64,000 nucleotides of DNA, from the NCBI GenBank assembly GCA_963841735.1, contig CAWJDT010000001.1, forward strand, positions 224,001 through 288,000, written 5' to 3'. A program made the position numbers and the translations under genes. This stretch comes from an uncultured Actinomycetes bacterium (GTDB taxonomy: Bacteria; Actinomycetota; Thermoleophilia; RBG-16-64-13). Positions 28,051-37,388 of the stretch are shown piece by piece. Position 1 is the stretch's first letter. Each line of letters opens with the position of its first letter. The notes below the pieces were generated by a model. The model was given only the letters and a program-made list of their open reading frames with translations, was not told the DNA's origin and searched no databases.

Positions 28051-29742
28051 CTACTGTTGTTCCATCCAGGCATTCTCGGGCAGGAACTCGATGGATACGT
28101 CGGCATAGCCGAGATCATGCACCTGTGGCGCCACAGGGGTGACCATCTTGAGCAACATGAGCGGCGCCACCATACAGTAGTCGTCTACCGCCATCTTGTT
28201 CATCTGCTCGTACAGCAGCTCGCGCTGGGCCAGGTCGGTCTCTACCTTCATCTGCCTGTAAAGCGCGTTGAACTCTTCGGGAATCCACAGGTCCACCCAT
28301 CTGACCATATCCTCGCTCAAGTTGGCCGCGAGGCTGGTGGAGTACTCCATCTCGATGCCGTTGTACGAGAGGCCAAAGAGCATCAACTCGCTCTTGAAGC
28401 CCTTCTCAGACTTGGCCACCATGGCCGGGTATCCCTCCGGCTTCAGGGTAATATTGATGCCCACTTCGGCAAGAGACTCCTGGATGAGTGTGAACATCTC
28501 GGTGTTCTCATCACCTGAGTTGTAGCTGAGCACCGTATTCCACGGGTTCTCCGTGCTGATATTGAACTTCGACTCGGCCAGCAGTTGCTTGGCCTTGGCT
28601 ACGTCATACGGATAACCCACGACATCCGGGTTGTAGGCCTGTATGCCCTCCACGCCCAACTGGTGGATGGGTAGCATGAAGCCTCCGAAGACTCCGTTCA
28701 CGATGGTGTCGTTGTCTAGAGCGCAGGCAACAGCCTCACGAACCTTCTGGTCAGAGAAGGGGGAATCTGGGCTCTTGCTGTCTCCGGCGATGCACCAGAG
28801 GCTCATGACACGGGACTTGATGGAGCTGCCCTCTGCCTCGAGAGCCTTAGCGTCTGCCGCCGAGCTCTGGTACAGCACCTGGCCTTCGCCGTTCATGTAC
28901 GACGTGAGACGAACCACAGGGTCGGCGACAAGCTTGATCTCCACAGCGTCCAGATAGGGCAATCCCTCTTGCCAGTAGCCCTCCCACTTCTCAAACTTTA
29001 GCGAACGCGCGGTCTTGTACTCGACGAACTTGAAGGGCCCAGTGCCGACGGGATTCTTCTTCATGTAGTCTTCCCCGTTGGCCTCATAGGCCGTGGGAGA
29101 GACCATCTTGCCCGCGTTGGAAGCACTCAGGCTCTTGATGAAGATGGGATCCATCTCGGACATGTTGAGGCGGATCGTGTAGCCGTCCACTACGTCCACT
29201 GAAGTCACACCTTCAAGCCCCGTGTTGGTGCCCGCGATGAACATGTCAAGATTCCACTTGGCGGCTTCCGCATTGAAGTCGGTGCCATCGTGGAACTTGA
29301 CCCCCTCGCGCAGGTGGAACGTGATGGTCTTCCCAGCCTCGTCGACGTCCCAACTGGTGGCCAGTTGAGGAACGGCCTCCCCCTGCTCGTCCAGACCGAC
29401 CAAGTTCTCTATCGCCCACCGAGCGTGGATGCTGTCCATGAAGCCGACGGTGCTCCAAAACGCGCCGAGATTGGTGGGGGCGCCACTGTGGATTACCGTC
29501 AACGTTCCCCCGTATTGGGGCGTATCGGCACCAGCGGGTCCTTGGGGCGCCTCCAGGACGCTTCTGGCAACCCCAGCCTCAGTGGTGACCGCACCCCCAG
29601 TGGAGCCGGTCACATCACTCGAGGAGGTACTGGTTTCGACAGTAGTGGTGGCGGTATCCCCTCCACAACCGGCCACCAACGCCGCCAGCAGAACCACCCC
29701 CAAGAGACATCCAAGCAACACCTGCAAACGCCTAGATTTCAT
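28051..29742 (-). CDS. family-5 ABC substrate-binding lipoprotein (OppA/DppA-like), cassette 1
   Basis: Lipobox LVAGC, Thr/Ser linker, PQLATSW, LREGVKFHDGTDFNA, PVGTGPFKF, GLPYLD. Confidence 0.95.
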   Translation of the reverse strand: MKSRRLQVLLGCLLGVVLLAALVAGCGGDTATTTVETSTSSSDVTGSTGGAVTTEAGVARSVLEAPQGPAGADTPQYGGTLTVIHSGAPTNLGAFWSTVGFMDSIHARWAIENLVGLDEQGEAVPQLATSWDVDEAGKTITFHLREGVKFHDGTDFNAEAAKWNLDMFIAGTNTGLEGVTSVDVVDGYTIRLNMSEMDPIFIKSLSASNAGKMVSPTAYEANGEDYMKKNPVGTGPFKFVEYKTARSLKFEKWEGYWQEGLPYLDAVEIKLVADPVVRLTSYMNGEGQVLYQSSAADAKALEAEGSSIKSRVMSLWCIAGDSKSPDSPFSDQKVREAVACALDNDTIVNGVFGGFMLPIHQLGVEGIQAYNPDVVGYPYDVAKAKQLLAESKFNISTENPWNTVLSYNSGDENTEMFTLIQESLAEVGINITLKPEGYPAMVAKSEKGFKSELMLFGLSYNGIEMEYSTSLAANLSEDMVRWVDLWIPEEFNALYRQMKVETDLAQRELLYEQMNKMAVDDYCMVAPLMLLKMVTPVAPQVHDLGYADVSIEFLPENAWMEQQ

Positions 29743-29957
29743 CACCCCTCCATTCAAGAACCCGATGTTGGCTCGCTCTCATCTTTGTCCGTCCTACCGC
29801 TCACTCGCTTCGCCCCATGCGCCCGCTCCTTTAGCTATGGAGGAACACGGAAGAACCGCAGTTGAGCCGTCATGTTTCATTGGACAGAACAAAGCGGCTA
29901 AGACCGTCTCGGCGGCCCGCCGCTGCAGCGGGACTCGCTCTCCAAAGATCTCCACCG

Positions 29958-30018
29958 CCCAATTAGTACCACAAATCGCCCCCAACTAGAATCGCCGTTC
30001 GTGTATCCACTTTAGTTG
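29958..30018 (-). promoter_or_regulatory. conserved promoter/operator of ABC cassette 1
   Basis: CCAATTAGTACCACA (minus TGTGGTACTAAT, extended -10-like), with GTGTATCCAC 40 nt away. Same arrangement at 37089-37148. Confidence 0.65.
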
Positions 30019-30305
30019 TTGCCGCCCGTGACGCCGTGCAGTCCACGTGGGAAGGCCGACCGACTTGTTCGCTTCCAAGAAGTTCGTGCTCCCTCGCTTC
30101 TCTCGGCCAAACGCTCCTGGTAATAGCCGACTAATGAGCTTCTCGTGGGCAAGTTCCTGGTGATGTGACCATAGGCCCAGAACATTTTGCCAGGCCAGAT
30201 ACCCCGGCCGCGCGAGACGAGCAACGAGCATGGCAAGTCCGCCGTTGTATAGCAAGCTTACTCGAACTCCTCTTCTAGTAGCGTATGGTGGGCTATACTG
30301 CTTTC

Positions 30306-31001
30306 ATGGCAGTCGAAGCTACATTTCGCCCACCAAGCCGCCGGCAGGGACACAAGTCGCTGGAGATGCTGCTGTTGGCGGCAGAAAACCAACTCAGGCA
30401 GCAGGAGCTCGATTTCTTCACAGTCGATAATGTGCTGGAACGGGCCGGCGTGTCCATTGGCTCGTTCTACGCGCGCTTCCCGGGCGGAAGAGACGCGCTC
30501 CTGCATGCCGTCCAGGATCGTCTGCATGCACGGCTGCAACCTGGCATCCTGGCAGCCCTCGCAGCCCAGGAGCGCGTTGACGAGTCGCTCGATGAGGCCG
30601 TGGGTCACGTCTTCGGTATCCTGATCGAACACATGTTGCGCGAACGTGAGCTTATCCGAGCGTTCATGATGTTCTCCGCGTTTGACACTGTGCTGCGCCA
30701 TAAGGGGCATTTGGTCTATATCGAGCGCAGAGAGGCCGTGACGAGGGTGCTGCTCGTCCACCGAGCCGAGATCGCACATCCAGACCCAGTGGCAGCCATC
30801 TATCTGGCTTTCGCCGTGTTCCACTCACTGATAAACGGCAGGTTTGTGTTCTTTGCCCAACATAGCGAGATCAGCCTCGGCGTAAGCAACGAAGAGATAT
30901 TCCAGCAAATCGGCCTGTGGATCAGCAACTATCTTCACGGCAATCGCTCCAACGAATCCGACCTAGTGAGACAAGCGCTCGCGGCCGCACTTCCCAAGTA
31001 G
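30306..31001 (+). CDS. TetR/AcrR-family regulator, probably leaderless
   Basis: LLLAAENQL...FTVDNVLERAGVSIGSFYARF HTH. TATACT at 30294-30299 lies 6 nt before ATG 30306 and there is no RBS. Confidence 0.9.
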   Translation: MAVEATFRPPSRRQGHKSLEMLLLAAENQLRQQELDFFTVDNVLERAGVSIGSFYARFPGGRDALLHAVQDRLHARLQPGILAALAAQERVDESLDEAVGHVFGILIEHMLRERELIRAFMMFSAFDTVLRHKGHLVYIERREAVTRVLLVHRAEIAHPDPVAAIYLAFAVFHSLINGRFVFFAQHSEISLGVSNEEIFQQIGLWISNYLHGNRSNESDLVRQALAAALPK

Positions 31002-31048
31002 CGGCCTCCTCCGAGCGAGCGTTCCGCGCGTCACGACGACCCTCGCCC

Positions 31049-32245
31049 TCACACCATGATGCACGCCACCTGGTGTCCAGGGCTTATCTCCCTGGTCTCG
31101 GGCATGGCCTCGCTACAGGCCCGTACGGCCACGCTGCAACGCTCATGAAAAGGACAACCTGCCGGTGGGTTAAGCGGGCTGGGCACCTCGCCGGCTAAGA
31201 CGATCCGCTCCCGGGTCGCCTCCACCTCCGGGTCGGGTACCGGCACCGCCGAGAGCAGGGCCTTGGTGTAGGGATGAAGGGGGTGGTCACAGAGTTCCGC
31301 CGCCGGGGCGCTCTCTACGATATGGCCTAGGTACATGACAACAATGCGGTCGCTCACGTGCTTGACCACCGCCAGATCATGAGCGATGAACAAATATGAA
31401 AGATCCGCGAACTTGGCCTGCAGGTCTTTCAAGAGGTTGATCACCTGAGCCTGGATGGATACATCAAGAGCGGAGATAGGCTCGTCGCATATGATCAGAG
31501 AAGGATCACAGGCCAGGGCCCGGGCGATGCCGATGCGTTGGCGTTGACCGCCGGAGAACTCATGGGGGAAGCGACCGGCCATACGGGGGTCCAGGCCCAC
31601 GATGCGCATAAGATCATCTACTCGGGCCCGGCGCTCCCCCTTTTCTTTGTAGGTCTTATGTACGCGCATGGGCTCCCCGATGATGCTCCCCGCGCTTTGG
31701 CGGGGGTCCAAGGACCCATAGGGGTCCTGGAACATGTAGGCCATCTTCTTGCGCAGAGGCTTCATCTGCCTCTCTTTAAGATGAGTGATGTCTTGGCCTT
31801 CGAAGAAGACCTGCCCGGCAGTAGGTTTGTAGAGGCGGATGATGGCCCGGCCCACCGTGGTCTTGCCGCAACCACTCTCTCCAACCAGGCCCAGGACTTC
31901 GCCCCGCTTGAGTTGGAGGCTGACCCCGTCGACGGCTTTGACATCGGCCACTTTGCGCAGGAGCAGGCCGCGCAGCACCGGGAACCAGACTTTGAGGTCT
32001 CTTACCTCTAAGACCAGGTCGCTCGGGGCGCGGCGGCCGTCCTTGCGGCTGCCGTCCTTGCGGTCACCGTCCTTGCGGCTGCCTCGGGCGCTCCCGTGGT
32101 CGCGATCCTTGCTGTGGTGGTCCTTGTGGTGATGGCGCCCGTCTTTGTCGCGGCGGTGCTCGTCGTGCCCACGAACATCTTTGTCGGAGCTCCCCTTTTC
32201 GCCCCGAGACCGGCCCTCTTCTCGCTGATGTTTGTCCGGCCTCAT
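31049..32245 (-). CDS. ABC ATP-binding protein (OppF-like), cassette 2, with a charged His/Arg/Lys/Asp-rich N-terminal extension
   Basis: Paralogue of 23967..25037, plus about 75 aa [10 protein letters not shown]...RKDGRRAPS. Confidence 0.93.
   Translation of the reverse strand: MRPDKHQREEGRSRGEKGSSDKDVRGHDEHRRDKDGRHHHKDHHSKDRDHGSARGSRKDGDRKDGSRKDGRRAPSDLVLEVRDLKVWFPVLRGLLLRKVADVKAVDGVSLQLKRGEVLGLVGESGCGKTTVGRAIIRLYKPTAGQVFFEGQDITHLKERQMKPLRKKMAYMFQDPYGSLDPRQSAGSIIGEPMRVHKTYKEKGERRARVDDLMRIVGLDPRMAGRFPHEFSGGQRQRIGIARALACDPSLIICDEPISALDVSIQAQVINLLKDLQAKFADLSYLFIAHDLAVVKHVSDRIVVMYLGHIVESAPAAELCDHPLHPYTKALLSAVPVPDPEVEATRERIVLAGEVPSPLNPPAGCPFHERCSVAVRACSEAMPETREISPGHQVACIMV
32037..32083. repeat. 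15-nt tandem repeat x3 inside the oppF2 extension
   Basis: CCGTCCTTGCGG(CTG/TCA) repeated, encoding RKDG(D/S). Confidence 0.7.
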
Positions 32246-33231
32246 TGGACTCCCCCTTCCGGGTTCACATAGCAGCGGGTGCAGTGGGCCTCACCCACGG
32301 ACTCAAGCTCGGGCCAGGGGTCGCACTGACAGCGCTCCACCGCATAGGTGCAGCGGGGCAGGAAGGCGCACTTACCCGTCATGCGGCCCAAGTTGGGGGG
32401 CAGGCCCGGAATAGCTTCCAGCCGGCGGCCCTCCCCTTCGTCTATGCGCGGCACGCAGCGCAGTAGGCCGATGGTGTAGGGGTGCCGGGGGCGGGCAAAT
32501 ACTTCTTTGCAGGTGCCGCTCTCTACGATGCGTCCCGCGTACATGATGTAGAGGGTCTGGGCGTAGCGGGCCACCACTCCTAGGTTATGAGTCACGATGA
32601 CCAGCGAGGAGTTGAACTTGGCCACCGCCGCCACCATCATCTCCAGGAGCTGGGCCTGGGTGGTGACGTCCAGAGCGGTGGTGGGCTCGTCGGCGATGAC
32701 CAGTCTTGGGTTACAGGAGAGGGCCATGGCGATCATGGCCCTTTGTCTCATGCCGCCGCTGAACTGATGCGGATAGTCGCCCAGGCGGGTCTCGGCGTTG
32801 GGGATGCCTACCATCTCCAGGAGCTCGGTCGCCCGGGCTTTGGCTTCTTTCTTGTTCATCTTAAGGTGGAGCTCCGGCATCTCGGTTAACTGCCGGCCTA
32901 TGGTTAAGACCGGGTTAAGCGAGGTCATGGGCTCCTGGAAGATCATGGCTATCTTGCCGCCTCTGACCGAGCGCATCTCGGGGCCGTTGGCCTCATAGGC
33001 CATGAGGTCGCGGCCTTCAAAGAGGATCTCGCCTTGCGTGATCTTGCCGGGGGGACGGATGAGGCGCATCACCGAGAGCTGGGTGACCGACTTGCCGCAA
33101 CCCGACTCGCCTACCACCCCTACGATCTCTTGCTCGTTGATGGTGAAGGAGACGTCGTCCACGGCCTTTACCAGGCCGTCGTCGGTACGGAACTGGGTGT
33201 GGAGGTTCTTGACTTCTAGGAGGGGGGTCAT
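32242..33231 (-). CDS. ABC ATP-binding protein (OppD-like), cassette 2
   Basis: Protein reads the same as 25037..26023 except for the last few residues. Confidence 0.95.
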   Translation of the reverse strand: MTPLLEVKNLHTQFRTDDGLVKAVDDVSFTINEQEIVGVVGESGCGKSVTQLSVMRLIRPPGKITQGEILFEGRDLMAYEANGPEMRSVRGGKIAMIFQEPMTSLNPVLTIGRQLTEMPELHLKMNKKEAKARATELLEMVGIPNAETRLGDYPHQFSGGMRQRAMIAMALSCNPRLVIADEPTTALDVTTQAQLLEMMVAAVAKFNSSLVIVTHNLGVVARYAQTLYIMYAGRIVESGTCKEVFARPRHPYTIGLLRCVPRIDEGEGRRLEAIPGLPPNLGRMTGKCAFLPRCTYAVERCQCDPWPELESVGEAHCTRCYVNPEGGVQ

Positions 33232-33253
33232 GGTGTCCTTGAGGCCGTGGTTT

Positions 33254-34150
33254 CTATATGGTCCCGCGCAGGCGGGGGTCCAAGGCGTCGCGCAGGCCAT
33301 CGCCGAACATGTTGAAGCCGAAGACCGTCAGCATGATGGGGATACCCGGCGCGATGGACATCTCCGGATTGCTGAGCAGGAACGTGTACCCCTCCTTGAT
33401 CATGAACCCCCAAGCAGCCGTGGGCGGGTTGATGCCGGCGCCCAGGAAGCTCAGACCCGCTTCGGCCAATATCGTCGCGCCCATGCCGATGGTCATCAGC
33501 ACCAGGCAAGGGGCGAAGGCGTTCGGGTAGACATGACGAAGCATCATCCTCCAGCTACCCACACCTATAGTGCGTCCTGCCAGGACATAGTCGTTCTGTT
33601 TGACGCTCATGGCCTGAGCACACATCATGCGGCACTGGCCAGGGATGCCCCCGATGGCCAAGGCGATGATGACGTTCTTGACCCCCCCGCCGAGTACCGA
33701 CGAGATGACCAGAGCTAGGACGATCATGGGTATGGCCATCATGGCGTCGATGAGCCGCATTATGATGGTGTGCACCCAGCCCCCGAAGAAGCCCGCGAGC
33801 AGACCCAACAACTGGCCGATGATCGCGCCGATGGTGACGGCGCACAGACCTACGATGAGTGAAGTCCGAGCCCCGTATACCACCCGGCTGAGCGTATCTC
33901 TTCCCACGCTGTCGGTACCCAGCCAATGCCCGCTGCTGGGGTGCAGCAGTTTGCCTGTCAGATCGGTGGCATAGGGATCATGAGGCGCTATCAACGGCGC
34001 GAAGATGGCCACGATGATCATCCCGAACACGATCGCCAGGCCCACTACGGCGAGCTTCCGCCGCAAGAACACCCTGACCAGCCTCTTCCATTCAGGCTGC
34101 CGTGCTGGTTCTTCGTCCCACGTCGCCGCGCAGTCGCCTGCACTAACCAT
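33254..34150 (-). CDS. ABC permease (OppC-like), cassette 2
   Basis: HWLGTDSVGRD, EAGLSFLG, GDGLRDALDPR. Confidence 0.95.
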   Translation of the reverse strand: MVSAGDCAATWDEEPARQPEWKRLVRVFLRRKLAVVGLAIVFGMIIVAIFAPLIAPHDPYATDLTGKLLHPSSGHWLGTDSVGRDTLSRVVYGARTSLIVGLCAVTIGAIIGQLLGLLAGFFGGWVHTIIMRLIDAMMAIPMIVLALVISSVLGGGVKNVIIALAIGGIPGQCRMMCAQAMSVKQNDYVLAGRTIGVGSWRMMLRHVYPNAFAPCLVLMTIGMGATILAEAGLSFLGAGINPPTAAWGFMIKEGYTFLLSNPEMSIAPGIPIMLTVFGFNMFGDGLRDALDPRLRGTI

Positions 34151-34184
34151 ACAGATTCTCCGTATTCCTCAGAAACAACACGCT

Positions 34185-35147
34185 CTACCTGTAGCTCTCT
34201 CTGATTCGCGGGTCCAGCCACGCATAGGCCATGTCCACCAAGAGGTTTGCAATAACGATCACGAGCGCCATGAGCAGGACGACACCCTGTACCGCCGGGT
34301 AGTCTCGGTCCATGACTCCGCCGGCCAGCATCCCTCCGACACCGGCGATGCCGAACACCCTCTCGACGAAGACAGCGCCCCCGAACATGAAGCTGACCTG
34401 CATGCCCATTGTGGTGACGACGGGTATCAGACCATTCTTCACTATATGCCGTCGGACGACGGTCTTCTCCTGCAGACCTTTGGACCAGGCTGTGCGGATG
34501 TAATCCTGGTGGGAGACCTCGAGCATGCTCGAGCGCGTCTGCCGCGTTTGCGCCGCGATACCGAATACGGCCATGCAGAGCACCGGCAGGATCGCCTGCC
34601 GCACGTGCTCACCGAAGTTGTCAAAGGGAGACACGTACCCCTGCGAGATGCTCACCCAGCCCAGTTTCAAGCCAAAGATGTACAGGAAGACAATGGCGAT
34701 CCAGAAACTGGGCAACGTTATCCCCAGATTAGCCGTCACGCTCACGACAGTATCGGGCCACTTGCCCCTTCGAATCGCGGCTATCACTCCGAGCGTCGGT
34801 CCAAGCAGGGAACTCACTATGAGCGCCAAGATGCCCAGGTTGAGGGTGATCGGGAGCCTCTCCTTTATCATCTGGCTCACAGGGGTCTGATAGTAGATGG
34901 ACTCTCCCAGGTCTCCTTTCAAAACGCCGCCGATCCAATCGAAGTACTGGGCTATGAGAGGCTTGTCTAGGCCATAGTCCTGCCTGAGTTTCTCGAGTTC
35001 TTCCTGGCTGTAGTTGGTGTAGTCCTCGCCGAGAACGGTGCGCAACGGGTCACCCGGCAACCAGTGCATCATGATGAACACCAATATGGTGACCACGAAC
35101 ATGACGACGACGCCCAGGAACAGGCGGCGGATGATGTAGCTTGTCAA
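34185..35147 (-). CDS. ABC permease (OppB-like), cassette 2
   Basis: PGDP, GDLGES, QDYIRTAWSKGL, RDYPAVQG, LDPRI. Confidence 0.95.
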   Translation of the reverse strand: MTSYIIRRLFLGVVVMFVVTILVFIMMHWLPGDPLRTVLGEDYTNYSQEELEKLRQDYGLDKPLIAQYFDWIGGVLKGDLGESIYYQTPVSQMIKERLPITLNLGILALIVSSLLGPTLGVIAAIRRGKWPDTVVSVTANLGITLPSFWIAIVFLYIFGLKLGWVSISQGYVSPFDNFGEHVRQAILPVLCMAVFGIAAQTRQTRSSMLEVSHQDYIRTAWSKGLQEKTVVRRHIVKNGLIPVVTTMGMQVSFMFGGAVFVERVFGIAGVGGMLAGGVMDRDYPAVQGVVLLMALVIVIANLLVDMAYAWLDPRIRESYR

Positions 35148-35184
35148 CTAGACCGCCCGGCAGTTCGCTGTCATGTAACGCAGC

Positions 35185-35250
35185 GCGATCCGAGCCAGCG
35201 GCCACACCAAGGCAGCATCACTGCGGGAGTAGCCCACCGACTCAGATCGC
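35185..35250 (-). other. intercistronic RNA stem-loop after the substrate-binding gene, cassette 2
   Basis: Homologue of 27949-28015. On the minus strand GCGAUCUGAGUCGG pairs with CUGGCUCGGAUCGC using G-U pairs. Confidence 0.7.
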
Positions 35251-35282
35251 ATAAGACTGGTAATCCGTGCCCTCACACCTGG

Positions 35283-36980
35283 CTACTTGCTGAGCCAGGC
35301 TATCTCGGGCAAGAACTCGCCAACTGTGTTGTTACCAAAGCCGTAGTCGTGCACCGCGGGCGACTTTGCGACAAGGCCCTCGTTGACCATGAAGGGCACC
35401 ACAAGGCAGAAGTCGTCCACCGCGATCTTGTTCAACTCTTGGTACAAGATCTCGCGCTTCGCCAGATCGTTCTCGACCTTCATCTGCCTGTAAACCGCGT
35501 TGAACTCTTCGGGGATCCAGATGTCGACGAATATGGGCGAGTCCTCACTGAAGTTCCCGCCGAGAGCGGTGGAGTACTGCATCTCGATTCCGTTATAGGA
35601 AAGGTCCGTCAGGATCAGCTCGTCCTTGAAGCCGTTCTCTGCCATGGCCTTCTGGGCCGGGAAGTTCTGACCGTTCAGTTCGAGATTGATGCCTACCACT
35701 TTCAGGTAATCCTGTATGACCGTCATGACTTGGCTTTCGTCCCCGGCCTGGATGATGTAGGTGAATCTCACATTCCACGGGTTCTCCGGGCTGATGTTGA
35801 ACTTGGATTCGGCCAACAGCTGCTTGGCTTTGGCCACGTCGTACGGATGGCCCGTGATAGCCGGGTTGTAGGCCTGCATGCCCTCGGCGGCCAGCTGCAT
35901 CGTGGGGAACATGAAGTCCCCGTATACACCCTTCACAATCGCATCCACGTCTAGGGCATAGGCCATAGCCTCACGGACCTTCTGATCTGAGAAGGGACAG
36001 GTATCGCTCTTGCTGTCCCCGCCGATCGACCACACCGAGAACACGCGAGTGTCCACGGTATACCCGTCTGCCAATAGGCCCTTGGCGTTGGCAGCACTGA
36101 CTCCGTAGAGTGCGTTGGCCTCTCCGTTCTGAAGTGCCATGAGAGAAGCCATGGAGTCGCTCACCAACCGGATCTCCACGCCGTCCAGATAGGGGAGCCC
36201 CGGCTGCCAATAGTCATCAAAGCGCTCGAACTTGAGAGAGCGCGCGGTCTTGTACTCAGCGAACTTGAAGGGCCCGGTGCCCACCGGATGCATCATCGCT
36301 TCCTTGTCGCCCATGGCCTCGACGGCGGCGGGAGAGACCATCTTGCCGGCGCCGCTCGAGTTCAGGCCCTGCAACCACAGAGGATCCCACGCCGAGAAGC
36401 TAACAAGCACTGTGTAGCTGTCCACTACCGTGACATCCGTTACGTCCGCCAGGTCCTTCTTGTCGCTTTCAAAGCGCCACTTGTCAAAATTCCACTTGAC
36501 CGCGTCAGCATTGAAATCGGTGCCATCGTGGAACTTGACACCCTCACGTAGGTGGAAGGTGATGGTCTTCGCAGCTTCGTCGATATCCCAACTCGTGGCC
36601 AACTGCGGAACCGGGTTCCCTTCCGCGTCCAGACCAATGAGGTTCTCGACCGCATACCGGGACATCTGCACATCCGTGAAGCCGGTCTGTAGCCAGAAGG
36701 CCCCGAGGTTGGTCGGAGCAGCGTAGTGAAGCAGCACAAGCGTTCCCCCATACTGAGGCGCGTCGCCACTCGCGGGTCCCTGAGGAGCCTCAAGGGCGCT
36801 TCTGACAACCCCACCCTCAGTGGTAGTCGCGCCCCCGGTGGGCCCAGTCGCATCACTCGAGGAGGTACTGGATTGGGAAGTAGTAGTCGTGGCGTCCCCT
36901 CCGCAGGCGGCCACCAAAACCGCCAGCAGAACCACCCCCAACACACATCCAAGCAACACCAACAAACGCCTAGACTTCAT
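35283..36980 (-). CDS. family-5 ABC substrate-binding lipoprotein, cassette 2
   Basis: Lipobox LVAAC, PQLATSW, LREGVKFHDGTDFNA, PVGTGPFKF. Diverged paralogue of 28051..29742. Confidence 0.95.
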   Translation of the reverse strand: MKSRRLLVLLGCVLGVVLLAVLVAACGGDATTTTSQSSTSSSDATGPTGGATTTEGGVVRSALEAPQGPASGDAPQYGGTLVLLHYAAPTNLGAFWLQTGFTDVQMSRYAVENLIGLDAEGNPVPQLATSWDIDEAAKTITFHLREGVKFHDGTDFNADAVKWNFDKWRFESDKKDLADVTDVTVVDSYTVLVSFSAWDPLWLQGLNSSGAGKMVSPAAVEAMGDKEAMMHPVGTGPFKFAEYKTARSLKFERFDDYWQPGLPYLDGVEIRLVSDSMASLMALQNGEANALYGVSAANAKGLLADGYTVDTRVFSVWSIGGDSKSDTCPFSDQKVREAMAYALDVDAIVKGVYGDFMFPTMQLAAEGMQAYNPAITGHPYDVAKAKQLLAESKFNISPENPWNVRFTYIIQAGDESQVMTVIQDYLKVVGINLELNGQNFPAQKAMAENGFKDELILTDLSYNGIEMQYSTALGGNFSEDSPIFVDIWIPEEFNAVYRQMKVENDLAKREILYQELNKIAVDDFCLVVPFMVNEGLVAKSPAVHDYGFGNNTVGEFLPEIAWLSK

Positions 36981-37088
36981 CACCCCTCCATTCAAGAACC
37001 TACTGCTGGCTAATCCTCGCTCTTGCCTACCCTGCTGCCCATCAATCGTCTAGCTCCATGCACCTGCTCCATTGGCTCACCGCCAGCG

Positions 37089-37148
37089 CCAATTAGTACC
37101 ACAGGCCCTCTGCAGGCTGAATGAACGTTGGTGTATACACTTTCGTTC
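37089..37148 (-). promoter_or_regulatory. conserved promoter/operator of ABC cassette 2
   Basis: CCAATTAGTACCACA, then palindrome GAACG-TTG-GTGTATACAC-TTT-CGTTC (37123-37148). Confidence 0.65.
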
Positions 37149-37266
37149 TGCTGCGCTCCACGCGCCCAGTCGTCCGCTATCCGGTATAACTCACGCCCGC
37201 TGGGGCCGCGCTGTTGAATGCACTCGGAATGTTTTTGTCGAACGGGTCACAAGTCCTCACACAACA

Positions 37267-37300
37267 GAAAGGGGGCGCAGCTTTCGCTGCGCCCCCTTTC
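37267..37300 (-). terminator. intrinsic terminator downstream of the repeat lipoprotein
   Basis: Perfect 15-bp stem GAAAGGGGGCGCAGC / GCTGCGCCCCCTTTC. GAAA loop on the minus strand, followed by TTTCTGTTGT. Confidence 0.85.
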
Positions 37301-37388
37301 AAAGCGCGCCCTGTCCTGGGGCTGCGGCATGATGCCGGTCAAACTACCTGCACCATTCCGCCCAAACTAGCTCTAGTGCCTCAAACTA

